A stretch of DNA of 53,482 nucleotides from Acidiferrobacterales bacterium (GTDB taxonomy: Bacteria > Pseudomonadota > Gammaproteobacteria > Acidiferrobacterales > JAJDNE01): positions 1 to 53,482 of the forward strand of contig JAZFSZ010000111.1 in NCBI GenBank assembly GCA_036446455.1, given 5' to 3'. The translations under genes and the position numbers were made by a program. Shown here piece after piece: positions 1 through 10,811 of the stretch. Within the stretch, counting starts at the first letter, position 1; every line of letters begins with the position of its first letter. Below the pieces are notes generated by a model that worked only from the letters and a program-made list of their open reading frames with translations, searched no databases and was not told the origin of the DNA.

Positions 1-128
1 CGTTTAGGATTGTCATAGTTCAGGTGATAAACCACTTTCTGATTGCCGTAGCCGCCGGCCTTAACACTGGTAACGCTGAAGCCAAAGGCAACCATAGCGG
101 CAATTGCGATAGCAATAATTTTTTTCAT
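1..128 (-). CDS. Secreted DsrE-like protein, N-terminal part (truncated by window edge)
   Basis: Not in the ORF track. ATG at 128 with a CAGGAG RBS upstream. Reads MKKIIAIAIAAMVAFGFSVTSVKAGGYGNQKVVYHLNYDNPK: signal peptide followed by the KVVYH first strand typical of periplasmic DsrE-family proteins. Confidence 0.7.
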   Translation of the reverse strand, partial: MKKIIAIAIAAMVAFGFSVTSVKAGGYGNQKVVYHLNYDNPK

Positions 129-175
129 AATACGTAACTCCTGTAAATATTTTTATATTGTTGTAATTGAAAAAT

Positions 176-922
176 CTAGACCTGAATGTAGGCCCAGCCC
201 TCTTGTTGACGCCGCATAATTTGCGCCACTCCAGAGTCGATTACGACAGTGCCCGGTAGCAACCTGGCGGTGATGCCATGCTCACGCTTGAGTCTGTCGA
301 TTGTATTTTGACACGTTACAAAGGTTAGATTGGTGTACCGTTTCTGCATGGCCAGGATGCGATCCGCGAAAAGCGATGTATCGACACGTAACAAGTCGAT
401 ACCGCCGCCGTTGGTGATCAGTTCTATTTCCGCTTTTTCACCGGTACGCTCATAGAAATCCAGTACGCCCTCAAGCTCATCCAGCGCGGTACGTGCCAAT
501 TCCGGATCACGGCTACTGAGATGAAACAGTACTTTGGTAACCGCATTACTGTTAGCTGCGACCCGAGTGGCTGTAGCGTCATCATTGACCGCCATTGGCA
601 CCGTTCCACTGGTCGGAGCGGTATTCAGCTGTGCACCGATGAACACGCCCATGGTCAACAGTACGCTGGCAGCTATACCAGTAATCCAGGGAAGCCGGTT
701 GCCGCGCAGAGCAGAAAGGGTGTTGCTTCTGACCGGTGCCGGGGGCACATTCTGGTAAGCCAGACGTACCAGTTCGCGGCAACTGTGTAATTCGCACAGG
801 CGTTTATTCAGTACAGGATCTTTTGCTATCTGTGCAAAGATCTGCTCCCTATCCAGTGCGTCGAGCTGATTATCGACAAAGGCGTTCAACAATTCGTCTG
901 AGATGTGGTTTCCGTTGTTCAT
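176..922 (-). CDS. Anti-sigma factor with one TM helix and a C-terminal periplasmic DsrE-like domain
   Basis: N-terminal ISDELLNAFVDNQL anti-sigma domain; TM WITGIAASVLLTMGVFIG; C-terminal KVLFHL...IELITNGGGIDLL...FVTCQNT...SGVAQIMRRQQEGWAYI is DsrE-like. Overlaps the sigma gene stop by 4 bp. Confidence 0.8.
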   Translation of the reverse strand: MNNGNHISDELLNAFVDNQLDALDREQIFAQIAKDPVLNKRLCELHSCRELVRLAYQNVPPAPVRSNTLSALRGNRLPWITGIAASVLLTMGVFIGAQLNTAPTSGTVPMAVNDDATATRVAANSNAVTKVLFHLSSRDPELARTALDELEGVLDFYERTGEKAEIELITNGGGIDLLRVDTSLFADRILAMQKRYTNLTFVTCQNTIDRLKREHGITARLLPGTVVIDSGVAQIMRRQQEGWAYIQV

Positions 923-1473
923 TTAATTCTCCGGAGTATGGCGTCCTGCAAGCCCGACTGATTCTCAAATTCCGTGAGCAGGCGTTCTTTAAGCGCGTTG
1001 CGTGCCCGGCACAGGCGGCTCATCACCGTCCCGATCGGTATATCGAGAATCTGCGATACCTCGATATAACTGAATCCCTCCAGATCCACTAGTGTTATTA
1101 CCTGTCGCTGGCCTTGTGAGAGCAGGGCTACTGCCTTGCGCACCTTATCAACGATCTGTAATTCGTTTGTTTCCGACTCGGGTGTGGTGTCTTCCACCAA
1201 AGTGACATTATCTATGTCTTCCGTTTCCCGATTGCGACGGAAATAGTCGTAATAGCAATTCGATAAAATACTGAAGAGCCAGGATTGACCGGCCTTGGGA
1301 TCACGCAGCTGACCGGCTTTGCGATAGGCCTTGATCAGGGTTTCCTGCACCAGATCGTCAGCCAGTGCGGCGTTTTGGCACCAGGCGTAGGCGACGCGGT
1401 ATAAACGTGCGCGCGATTCCTCAAGTTTCCGGCGTGAGTTCCGGCTGCGATAAAAAATGTCGAATATTTCCAT
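919..1473 (-). CDS. ECF RNA polymerase sigma-70 factor
   Basis: Region 2 (LADDLVQETLIKAY, SWLFSIL) and region 4 (GFSYIEVSQILDIPIGTVMSRLCRAR); 184 aa. Confidence 0.93.
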   Translation of the reverse strand: MEIFDIFYRSRNSRRKLEESRARLYRVAYAWCQNAALADDLVQETLIKAYRKAGQLRDPKAGQSWLFSILSNCYYDYFRRNRETEDIDNVTLVEDTTPESETNELQIVDKVRKAVALLSQGQRQVITLVDLEGFSYIEVSQILDIPIGTVMSRLCRARNALKERLLTEFENQSGLQDAILRRIK

Positions 1474-1547
1474 ATATTGCTTTTTGTTTTCCGATCATGG
1501 GCCATGACTTATGGGTTGTAGCCGTTTGATCCGTTATGACCTCTACA

Positions 1548-1575
1548 TAGACGCCGGGTCAGATGGTTTTATTCC
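1548..1575 (-). promoter_or_regulatory. Putative ECF sigma autoregulatory promoter (GGAATA-N16-CGTCTA)
   Basis: Minus strand reads GGAATA AAACCATCTGACCCGG CGTCTA, about 75 nt upstream of the sigma ATG; typical ECF -35/-10 architecture. Confidence 0.65.
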
Positions 1576-1654
1576 CCGAAAAGAGAGGTAATCTTTGCTA
1601 CGGTTGCGCTCGTTATACCAGTTAACACGTTGCCAATTTCATGGTGGCTGGCAG

Positions 1655-2305
1655 TCAGGCAGAGATCAGCCCCTGTTCCGGCTGTTGCGCCCCATCCAGC
1701 AGGACGTTGCCGTTTTTTACACTCAGGCGTCCCTCGGCAAACCAGCCAACCGCCAGGGGATAGATGCGGTGTTCCTGCTCCAGCACGCGCGCGGCGAGAT
1801 CAGACGCAGAGTCGCCATTTTTTACGTCAACGGTGGCCTGAATAATGATGGGTCCGGCATCGATATCGTCGGTAACGAAATGTACGGTTGCGCCGTGCTG
1901 TGCCACACCAGCTTTGAGTGCACGTTCATGAGTATTGAGACCGGGAAAGGCCGGCAGCAAGGCAGGGTGGATATTCATCAGGTGACTGGCGTAGTGGTTA
2001 ACGAAGGGCTCACCAAGGAGTCGCATGAATCCGGCGAGCACCACCAGCTTGGGCTGGAATTCGTCAATCAGCTCAATCAACGCGGAATCAAATGCATCGC
2101 GATATTCGAATAGCCTGTGATCCAGCACACGGGTATCGACACCGGCCTGGTGCGCTGTTTCAAGCCCGGCTGCATCCGGGTCATTACTAATGACCGCGCG
2201 TATGTCCACGGGAATGGCGTGACGGCTCGTTGCATCGATGATGGCTTTCATGTTGCTGCCCCGGCCAGAAATCAGAATAACAATGCACAGGGGATTTGTT
2301 GCCAT
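1655..2305 (-). CDS. purN: Phosphoribosylglycinamide formyltransferase
   Basis: ILISGRGSNM, LAGFMRLL, NIHPALLPAFPGL, GATVHFV and DAGPII motifs; follows purM. Confidence 0.97.
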   Translation of the reverse strand: MATNPLCIVILISGRGSNMKAIIDATSRHAIPVDIRAVISNDPDAAGLETAHQAGVDTRVLDHRLFEYRDAFDSALIELIDEFQPKLVVLAGFMRLLGEPFVNHYASHLMNIHPALLPAFPGLNTHERALKAGVAQHGATVHFVTDDIDAGPIIIQATVDVKNGDSASDLAARVLEQEHRIYPLAVGWFAEGRLSVKNGNVLLDGAQQPEQGLISA

Positions 2306-3348
2306 TAACGAATCTCGACAGTGGCGGCACCGTCATGTTTTTCAATCTGCCCAATCACACTAGTGGTCTCGCCGGCCGCTTGCAGCACGCGAATGGTTTC
2401 ATTTGTGTCATCGGCATTCACCGCCAGAACCATACCGATACCACAATTAAACGTGCGGTACATCTCCGCCTGCTGCACGCTACCCTGCTCCTGCAGCCAG
2501 CGGAAAACCGGAGGAACCTCCCACGCTGCGCTATCAAGAACTGCACAGGTACGGTCTGCTATGATGCGGGGCAGGTTGCCCGGCAGACCGCCGCCGGTTA
2601 TATGGGCGATGGCATGAACATCGATTTTGTCAAGCAGAGACAGGATCGCTTTGACGTAAATCCGGGTGGGGGCCAGCAGCACGCTGCCCAGCGTGCTGTC
2701 CGCAAACGGGGTATCGAGACTGGTACCGGCAACTTCAATAATCTTTCGAATGAGCGAGTAGCCGTTGGAGTGGGGACCGGTAGAGGCCAGCCCGATCAGC
2801 GTGTCGCCGACCGCAACTCTGGATCCATCGATGATTTTCTTCTTTTCCACCACGCCAACGCAGAATCCAGCCAGATCATAATCACCCTGGGCATACATGC
2901 CCGGCATCTCCGCAGTTTCGCCACCGATGAGCGCAGCACCGGCCTGGCGGCAACCCTCGCCAATGCCTTTAATGACGGCATGGGCGGTATCGTGCTCCAG
3001 TTTACCGGTGGCGAAGTAGTCGAGAAAAAACAGCGGTTCCGCGCCCTTAACGATTATGTCGTTGGCGCACATGGCCACCAGGTCGATGCCGATAGTGTTG
3101 TGGATGCCGAGTTCAATGGCAAGTTTGAGCTTGGTGCCAACACCGTCGGTGCCGGAAACCAGCACCGGTTGCTGATATTTCCCCGGCGGGATTTCAAACA
3201 GGGCGCCAAATCCGCCCAGCCCTTCCAATACCCCGGGACGCCGGGTACTTCTGGCAACCGGTTTGATGGCCTCGACCAGCGTTTCGCCGGCCTCGATATC
3301 AACACCCGCTTCGCGGTAACTCAGTGATTTTTTACCCGGTTCTTTCAC
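2305..3348 (-). CDS. purM: Phosphoribosylformylglycinamidine cyclo-ligase (AIR synthetase)
   Basis: [33 protein letters not shown] and TFNCGIG motifs. Start set to the GTG at 3348; the ORF track extends to 3459. Confidence 0.96.
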   Translation of the reverse strand: MKEPGKKSLSYREAGVDIEAGETLVEAIKPVARSTRRPGVLEGLGGFGALFEIPPGKYQQPVLVSGTDGVGTKLKLAIELGIHNTIGIDLVAMCANDIIVKGAEPLFFLDYFATGKLEHDTAHAVIKGIGEGCRQAGAALIGGETAEMPGMYAQGDYDLAGFCVGVVEKKKIIDGSRVAVGDTLIGLASTGPHSNGYSLIRKIIEVAGTSLDTPFADSTLGSVLLAPTRIYVKAILSLLDKIDVHAIAHITGGGLPGNLPRIIADRTCAVLDSAAWEVPPVFRWLQEQGSVQQAEMYRTFNCGIGMVLAVNADDTNETIRVLQAAGETTSVIGQIEKHDGAATVEIR

Positions 3349-3462
3349 CCGACTGCCCCGTTTTATGAGGGGGCGTATGGTAAGCGCAGCCCCGGAAATG
3401 CGCAATCGCGGGCCCTGCATCGGCCTTCTTGCATCGCGGAATTCACTTATAATACCCAAATC

Positions 3463-4029
3463 ATGGTTTATTCGCAGATTCCCAACATAATCACCGTTGC
3501 CCGGCTGGCAATGATTCCATTGCTGATATTGCTACTGAGAGAACAGGATTATCGGTCGGCGCTGATGATCTTCTTTATTGCCGGCCTGTCTGACGGTCTC
3601 GATGGCTTCATTGCCCGGCGTTATCGACTGGAAAGCCATCTGGGTGGCGTGCTCGATCCGCTGGCCGACAAGCTGTTGATGATCAGCACCTTTGTCACGT
3701 TGACACTGCTGGGCCACATCGAATTCTGGTTACTGCTGCTGGTGGTGTCGCGTGACTTTCTGATTATCGGTGGTTACCTCGTGGTCACCAGCCAGACCGG
3801 GGCGGTAAAAATGGAAGCCAGTATCTACAGCAAGCTCAATACGGTGATGCAAATCGTACTGGTCATGGCGATACTGTTTGAGCAGGCACAGCTGTTCCGT
3901 GTGCCCTTGTTGGTAGATTTCCTGGTCTATTCCGTATTGATTACCACTGTTGCCAGTGGTGCGCAGTACTATTGGGCATGGATCATCAAAAAACGTGTCG
4001 AACCGCTGTCTGAGCAATCCAAAGATTGA
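3463..4029 (+). CDS. CDP-alcohol phosphatidyltransferase family protein
   Basis: IPNIITVAR and [11 protein letters not shown]...[11 protein letters not shown] signature; hydrophobic. Confidence 0.92.
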   Translation: MVYSQIPNIITVARLAMIPLLILLLREQDYRSALMIFFIAGLSDGLDGFIARRYRLESHLGGVLDPLADKLLMISTFVTLTLLGHIEFWLLLLVVSRDFLIIGGYLVVTSQTGAVKMEASIYSKLNTVMQIVLVMAILFEQAQLFRVPLLVDFLVYSVLITTVASGAQYYWAWIIKKRVEPLSEQSKD

Positions 4030-4031
4030 AC

Positions 4032-4754
4032 ATGCCGGATTCGACCCTGGACAGGCACCTAATGGAAAAGCAGCTCGCACTGGATGTACAGCTTCGGGAC
4101 TTTCGCACCTTTGACAATTTTGTTGCTGGCGACAACCAGGAAGTAGTCGAGAAAATCCGTGAGACGGTAACCGGTGCCAGTACTGAGGTGCTTTTTTTAT
4201 GGGGGGCAGTGGGATCCGGCAAGACCCATTTGTTGCGGGCAGCCTGTCGTTCCGCCAGCGACCAACACCGCCAACCGGTGTATATCCCGCTTGCTGACGC
4301 CAACAGTTTGTCGCCTGAAATGCTGGCCGGTAACTCCGCATCCACTTTCGTGTGTATTGACGATGTTGACGCCGTCGCTGGCCGGGGGGACTGGGAGCGA
4401 GCGCTGTTTTCCCTGTTCGAGGAACTGCGCGGGCGGGCGCCCCTGATCGTGACGGCTAAAACAAATCCCCGCAGTTCGGGATTGACGATGCCTGACCTCA
4501 TAACACGGTTTGGGAGCGGACTGGTGTATCAAATTCAGCCATTAAGCGACAAGAATAAAGTCGAGGCAATGCAGTTGCGCGCTACTCAGCGCGGTTTTAA
4601 ACTTGCCGATGAGGTAGGTAAATATGTATTAAATCGTTACCCGCGGGACACGCACGCTCTGTTCAGCTTGCTGGACAAACTCGATAGAGCTTCGCTGGCG
4701 ACGCAACGCAGAATCACCATACCATTTATTCAGAAAATGGAATCGACCGAATGA
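4032..4754 (+). CDS. hda: DnaA regulatory inactivator Hda
   Basis: Clamp-binding motif QLALDV, TFDNF, GSGKTHLL, DLITRF and RRITIPF; conserved position opposite purM. Start uncertain (4026/4032/4062). Confidence 0.93.
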   Translation: MPDSTLDRHLMEKQLALDVQLRDFRTFDNFVAGDNQEVVEKIRETVTGASTEVLFLWGAVGSGKTHLLRAACRSASDQHRQPVYIPLADANSLSPEMLAGNSASTFVCIDDVDAVAGRGDWERALFSLFEELRGRAPLIVTAKTNPRSSGLTMPDLITRFGSGLVYQIQPLSDKNKVEAMQLRATQRGFKLADEVGKYVLNRYPRDTHALFSLLDKLDRASLATQRRITIPFIQKMESTE

Positions 4755-4770
4755 GGTCGGTTAGCGGCTC

Positions 4771-6129
<1,359 letters not shown>

Positions 6130-6194
6130 TCGACCTCCGGAAGTTGGGCACCGACGGGCGGTGCTCTGCTCACGCGATTGTAACGCCCATGTTC

Positions 6195-6239
6195 TTGACA
6201 GCCTATAGGACGAGTGATAGCTTATTTTTGTACTATAAT
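6195..6239 (+). promoter_or_regulatory. Putative sigma70 promoter of the LysM gene
   Basis: TTGACA (6195-6200), 17 nt spacer, TAGCTT; a second TATAAT at 6234-6239. Confidence 0.5.
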
Positions 6240-6320
6240 GTTTGCTTAAGGCAGGCTCAAAATAACAAACACCAACCTAATTATGTTGGCAACCCACTGA
6301 TTTACAGGAGATTAACGGTA

Positions 6321-6761
6321 ATGACATCCGTATCCGCTAGTTGGAAGTTTGCACTAATTCTCGCCGTCGGTCTTGTTGCCGCCGGTTGTCAATCGAAGAC
6401 CCCAAAAGATGACGCTGCCGATGCAGGTGCTGCTGCGGCTGAAACCCAGGGTGCACAGTCAGATACGGGTGCTGTTTCCGAATCTGGCGGCGAAACCTAC
6501 AGCGTTGTTAGTGGTGACCATCTATGGGGTATTGCCGCAAAACCCCGTATTTACGGTAATCCCTATCAGTGGCCACTGATTTACAAGGCAAATGCCGATG
6601 CTATCGCCGATGCTGATCTGATCGAACCGGGCCAGGTACTTGCTATTGTACGCGGCTCGTCATCTGACGATATCGACGCTGCTGTGCGCCACGCCAAGAC
6701 ACGCGGCGCCTGGTCGCTGGGCGTAACCGAGGATTCTGATATAGCCTATCTCGGCCGCTGA
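6321..6761 (+). CDS. LysM peptidoglycan-binding lipoprotein
   Basis: AGGAG RBS; lipobox VAAGC; LysM motif YSVVSGDHLWGIA...WPLIYKAN...ADLIEPGQVL. Confidence 0.9.
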   Translation: MTSVSASWKFALILAVGLVAAGCQSKTPKDDAADAGAAAAETQGAQSDTGAVSESGGETYSVVSGDHLWGIAAKPRIYGNPYQWPLIYKANADAIADADLIEPGQVLAIVRGSSSDDIDAAVRHAKTRGAWSLGVTEDSDIAYLGR

Positions 6762-6782
6762 TTTTTCTGCGTTATTGGAGTT

Positions 6783-6828
6783 AAAAAACCCGCCCTGTGC
6801 CGAATTAAGCCAGGGCGGGTTTTTATTT
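6783..6828. terminator. Bidirectional rho-independent terminator
   Basis: AAAAAACCCGCCCTG-loop-CAGGGCGGGTTTTT between convergent genes. Confidence 0.85.
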
Positions 6829-6845
6829 GGGTACCACTGAATTTA

Positions 6846-8528
6846 CTAATCAGAAATTTCGTCGTATTCAAAGTGCTCGAATACCGGTGTGCTTTCGACC
6901 AGTCTGGTTGCGTTCAATTTAACCAGTCGATACCCGTCATCAAAGAATAATTCACGTCCCGGCCTGAACAGGCCTTTGTGCGTTAACAATCCCTGCTTTT
7001 GTTTGAGCGCGCCCAGTTCAGGCACCATAATGGCGGGCATAAAATCCGTTTCCACCTGACTGCTGCTCACTATTTTCAGTTGCACCGGTCGCGCAATGGG
7101 TGAGATGCGCTTCATGCCGATTTCGAGTGAGCCGCTCTCGGAAGTCTTGACCCAGCGGATAGCGCTGACTTCCCAGAACCCGTTTGCGGGCGAACGCACG
7201 GCAATAGTGTCGCCGACACGTACTTGTTGGTGTTTGACCTGATCCCTGGCAATAGCCAGGCCGCCAGCGCTCTCATCCATGATGTTCCAACTGGCGTAAA
7301 TAAGTTCGGGGTCGATCTCGACGGTCTGGTTTTCAGCCAACGTGGTATCCCTCGCATGATTGACCTCGTTCCGGATATATTTACTGCCCACCGAACGGCG
7401 TTGTTGCGGCATCGGCCCCACAAACTCAGAACTCAGGATAAATTCGCGACCCCCGTTGAGCCAGTGGTTTATCGCGCGGATACCAATAGCGACGTCGACA
7501 AAGTCGCCTTTTTTGTTGGTACGGCTGAAGCCGCGCTTTGGTATTACGCCCCAGGAACTGATTAATCGTTTCAGCATATCCTGGATGTATTCTCCTTCGA
7601 AGAAATCCTGATGCAGGCCATCTGGCGCGGGTTTTTTCCCCCGCTGAATCATCGTTAGTTGAGAATGCATGGAGCGTGCGAGTTCAACGGTATTGAGAAT
7701 ACGGTACTGCTGCTCATTGAATGTGGCTTCGCTGGGGAACATGACTTCGCCAGCGCGGTTACCACGGAAGTCGATCAGAAACTGACAATTCCGGGCCGCG
7801 GTGGGTTTGGCCGGGTCAAGCGTGGCCAGGGCTGCCCAGCGATTGAGATAATGCTGGATCAGGTCCACCAGTTTCACCGGAAGATGATAGGGGTCACTGA
7901 AGTCCACCAGCAAAGCCTGTTTGTAGACATTAGAAACGTTGCTATGCGGTATGGCTGAGTTCAGTGGATCCTCAACAGGATTGTCGATCACACCATACGC
8001 ATCCGCCAGTTCGTACAAATGGTGTATTTCCCGCCAGGTGTTTTCGGGTGGTTCGGCGTAAAACTGATACGACTTTACCAGCGATTCGGCGAGATAGCGT
8101 ATGGCGCGTTGAATAATGAGCGCTAGCGATTTCATTGCCCGCGTGCTGGGCCGGTTCTTGAGCGACTCAATGGCGTTGAGCACCAGTCGCTTGTAGCCGT
8201 AGGCGATCTCAATTTGCAGGTTGCGTGCGCGTTCGGCCGCCATACGGCCTTTGTCCGGCAGTGGCAGTGGCAGTCCGATGTATTCATTTTTCAGTTCGGT
8301 GCAAAGGCGGGCAACCGGCTCGCGATAAATCTCAAGCAGTTTCAGGCGGGTCTTGTTGTCGAGTGGCGTGCGATTCAGCGCCACCAGCGCCGAGAGTACC
8401 TTGTGCCCGGTTGCGGCCGGATTGAGCAAGGGAAGTTCGGCGAGCCAGTGTTCCGCCTTGCCCGGCTTGGTCTCGACGACCGACATGTTTTGATCGTCCA
8501 TTTCCGGGACGATGAGATTCAAGTCCAT
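6846..8528 (-). CDS. FimW-like putative c-di-GMP-binding protein (PilZ-type motifs)
   Basis: Helical N-terminus (WLAELPLLNP, RLKLLE); RxxxR motif (KRGFSR) and DxSxGG motif (DESAGG); C-terminal IRWVK...LEIG. Size and layout resemble Pseudomonas FimW-type proteins. Confidence 0.65.
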   Translation of the reverse strand: MDLNLIVPEMDDQNMSVVETKPGKAEHWLAELPLLNPAATGHKVLSALVALNRTPLDNKTRLKLLEIYREPVARLCTELKNEYIGLPLPLPDKGRMAAERARNLQIEIAYGYKRLVLNAIESLKNRPSTRAMKSLALIIQRAIRYLAESLVKSYQFYAEPPENTWREIHHLYELADAYGVIDNPVEDPLNSAIPHSNVSNVYKQALLVDFSDPYHLPVKLVDLIQHYLNRWAALATLDPAKPTAARNCQFLIDFRGNRAGEVMFPSEATFNEQQYRILNTVELARSMHSQLTMIQRGKKPAPDGLHQDFFEGEYIQDMLKRLISSWGVIPKRGFSRTNKKGDFVDVAIGIRAINHWLNGGREFILSSEFVGPMPQQRRSVGSKYIRNEVNHARDTTLAENQTVEIDPELIYASWNIMDESAGGLAIARDQVKHQQVRVGDTIAVRSPANGFWEVSAIRWVKTSESGSLEIGMKRISPIARPVQLKIVSSSQVETDFMPAIMVPELGALKQKQGLLTHKGLFRPGRELFFDDGYRLVKLNATRLVESTPVFEHFEYDEISD

Positions 8529-8667
8529 TCTTTATCAGTTTTATTGTCACCCCAGAGATAGGTAGATTCTAACTGCCTATTTCTTAAGAGACAATTTTCT
8601 ATTGTGAATCAGGTCTCTTTTCCCTCGTACAGCGGGGCTACAGGCCGTTTTATGTGCTCGCAGTGAC

Positions 8668-10062
8668 TCAGTCCAGCTTGCCGTCACGGGCCGCTTTTTC
8701 CACCATTTGGCTAAATTCCTGTGTGCTCATGAGGCCTTTTTCGGCGACGACGTCGCCTACCGGCCGGCCACTTTTTTCGGAGGTTTTGGCCACTTCTGCC
8801 GCCGCCGCATAGCCAATCGAGGTATTCAGCAGGGTCGCAAGACCGACACTGGCATGGGCAAAATCACGACATTTATCGCGATTGACGGTCAGTCCCTTCA
8901 GGCTTTTGTGCACCACAGCGTTAATGGCATTGGTCAGCCAGTCCATAGCGTCGAACAGGGCTGAGCCCAAGGCCGGCATCATGACATTGAGTTCAAGTTG
9001 CCCCGCCTGCATCATCATCGCCACTGCCGCATCCTGACCCAGCACCTGGTAGGTCGTTTGGTTCAGCATTTCAAACATCACCGGATTGACCTTACCTGGC
9101 ATGATGCTGGACCCGGGTTGTACCGCCGGCAACAGGATTTCACCCAGACCGGTTCGTGGTCCGGATGCCAGCAGGCGCATGTCATTGCTGATGCGGGTGA
9201 TCTCCAACGCCAGCTGGCGAATGGCATTGGACAGTTCCTGCAAGTCGGTCATGGACTGCATTTGACCCGCGAGATTGTCTGTGGCCCGCACGGGTTCGCC
9301 CGTGAGGTTTGCCAGTTCAGCGGTAACATTTTCGATGTAACCCGGCGCGGTATTAAGACCAGTGCCAGCGGCCGAACCACCAAGCCCGCTTTCACAAAGT
9401 TGCTTGCGGGTGTCTTGTAGCCGTTTTGCACAACGCCGCAAAATCCAGCTATAGGCACCAAACTCACGACCAACGGTGGTCGGCACCGCGTCCTGCAAGT
9501 GAGTGCGGGCGCTTTTCACCGTATCCCCTTCGGCGTCGGCGATATGCTGGTACTCATCCGCCATTGAGGTAACTGCCTTCAGTAATCGCGGCAGCTTTGC
9601 CAGCACGGCCAGGCGAATGGCAGTGGGAATGGTATCGTTGGTGCTTTGGCCCATGTTGACATGATCATTGGGATTTATCGGGTCGTAGGCACCCCGTTTT
9701 CCGCCCAGAGCGACATTGGCCAGATTGGCAATCACTTCGTTGGTATTCATGTTATGGCTGGTGCCGGCACCCGCCTGAAAGCGATCGACAACGAATTGAT
9801 CCAGATACTCTCCGCCGATAATCTTGTCGGCGGCGTCACGAATGGCATTTGCTATGTTTGCCTGCAGCCAGCCCGCTTTCTGGTTGGCCGTGGCGGCGGC
9901 GTGTTTGATGCGAACGTGGGCAATGACAAAGTCCCGGTCCGGTCCGCGACCCGAAATCGGAAAATTGTCGATCGCGCGCGCCGTCTGGATGCCGTACCAG
10001 GCAGGTTCGGGAACTTCGAGCTCGCCCAGGCTGTCTTTTTCAATACGGAATTTTTTACCCAT
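8668..10062 (-). CDS. aspA: Aspartate ammonia-lyase (fumarase/aspartase superfamily)
   Basis: RIEKDSLGE, RTHLQDA and LPAVQPGSSIMPGKVNP; the AVQPG variant favours aspartase over FumC, though class II fumarase is not excluded. Confidence 0.8.
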   Translation of the reverse strand: MGKKFRIEKDSLGELEVPEPAWYGIQTARAIDNFPISGRGPDRDFVIAHVRIKHAAATANQKAGWLQANIANAIRDAADKIIGGEYLDQFVVDRFQAGAGTSHNMNTNEVIANLANVALGGKRGAYDPINPNDHVNMGQSTNDTIPTAIRLAVLAKLPRLLKAVTSMADEYQHIADAEGDTVKSARTHLQDAVPTTVGREFGAYSWILRRCAKRLQDTRKQLCESGLGGSAAGTGLNTAPGYIENVTAELANLTGEPVRATDNLAGQMQSMTDLQELSNAIRQLALEITRISNDMRLLASGPRTGLGEILLPAVQPGSSIMPGKVNPVMFEMLNQTTYQVLGQDAAVAMMMQAGQLELNVMMPALGSALFDAMDWLTNAINAVVHKSLKGLTVNRDKCRDFAHASVGLATLLNTSIGYAAAAEVAKTSEKSGRPVGDVVAEKGLMSTQEFSQMVEKAARDGKLD

Positions 10063-10108
10063 TTTATGCTCCAAGGCGGTGTCAATCGATTATAAGTAGG
10101 ATGCTCCG

Positions 10109-10136
10109 GGAATGCATCTCCCTCTTTGTGCGTCTG
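10109..10136 (+). promoter_or_regulatory. Putative ECF promoter (GGAATG-N16-CGTCTG) upstream of the thioredoxin operon
   Basis: Same motif and same 16 nt spacer as at 1548-1575. Confidence 0.55.
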
Positions 10137-10266
10137 ACAGGGAAGCCTGCGTCTACAGAAGCGCTAATAGTCCATCCATGCAGTCGTGCGCCGCAGAAGG
10201 CCTGAATAAATCGGAGCCTCCTTATGTTTAATCATTGGCACTTATGAACAGAGAAAGGAAAATGAT

Positions 10267-10785
10267 GTGAATGAAATATTGAAGTGGTTTATGCCGTTAT
10301 TGCTGGCCTTTCCGATGGCGGTAAGTGCTGCGCCCAATCTGGTGCTGAAAGATTTTAGCGGCAATGAGCACAATGTTTCTGAATATATTGGCAAAGGTAA
10401 ATGGACAGTGGTGGTTATCTGGGCGCACAATTGTCCCACTTGTAACAGAGAAATTCATCATATGACTTTCTTCCATGATGCCCATAAGGATAAGGACGCG
10501 ACAGTACTGGGTGTGTCGGTAGATGGGTGGAGCAAACGCAAAAAGGCACAAATTTTTGTCGATACCCATGCCCTGAATTTCCCCAATCTGATAGCGGAGC
10601 CGCGGCAGGGCGTAATGATCAAGTTCGGCGGGGGTAATTTCTATGGTACACCCACCTTCTATATTTACTCCCCCAAGGGAGAGTTCCTGGCTCGGCAAGA
10701 CGGTCCATTGACACAGAAAGACGTCGAGAAATTTATCAACAGCGCCAGGCAGGCTAATAGCAGGAATAGAGGCACCGAGGGATAA
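10267..10785 (+). CDS. Periplasmic TlpA/ResA-like thioredoxin
   Basis: Signal peptide; WAHNCPTC active site; VLGVSVD and GTPTFYI motifs. Confidence 0.88.
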   Translation: MNEILKWFMPLLLAFPMAVSAAPNLVLKDFSGNEHNVSEYIGKGKWTVVVIWAHNCPTCNREIHHMTFFHDAHKDKDATVLGVSVDGWSKRKKAQIFVDTHALNFPNLIAEPRQGVMIKFGGGNFYGTPTFYIYSPKGEFLARQDGPLTQKDVEKFINSARQANSRNRGTEG

Positions 10786-10811
10786 TCGGTCTTCGTTCCA
10801 CAAGAAAAAAT

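Noticed and set aside
2296-3327. 343 aa plus-strand ORF and similar long antisense ORFs (for example 14481-15269, 30044-30625)
   Set aside because: They lie antisense to well-conserved genes (purM, proS, sucB) and have no recognisable motifs.
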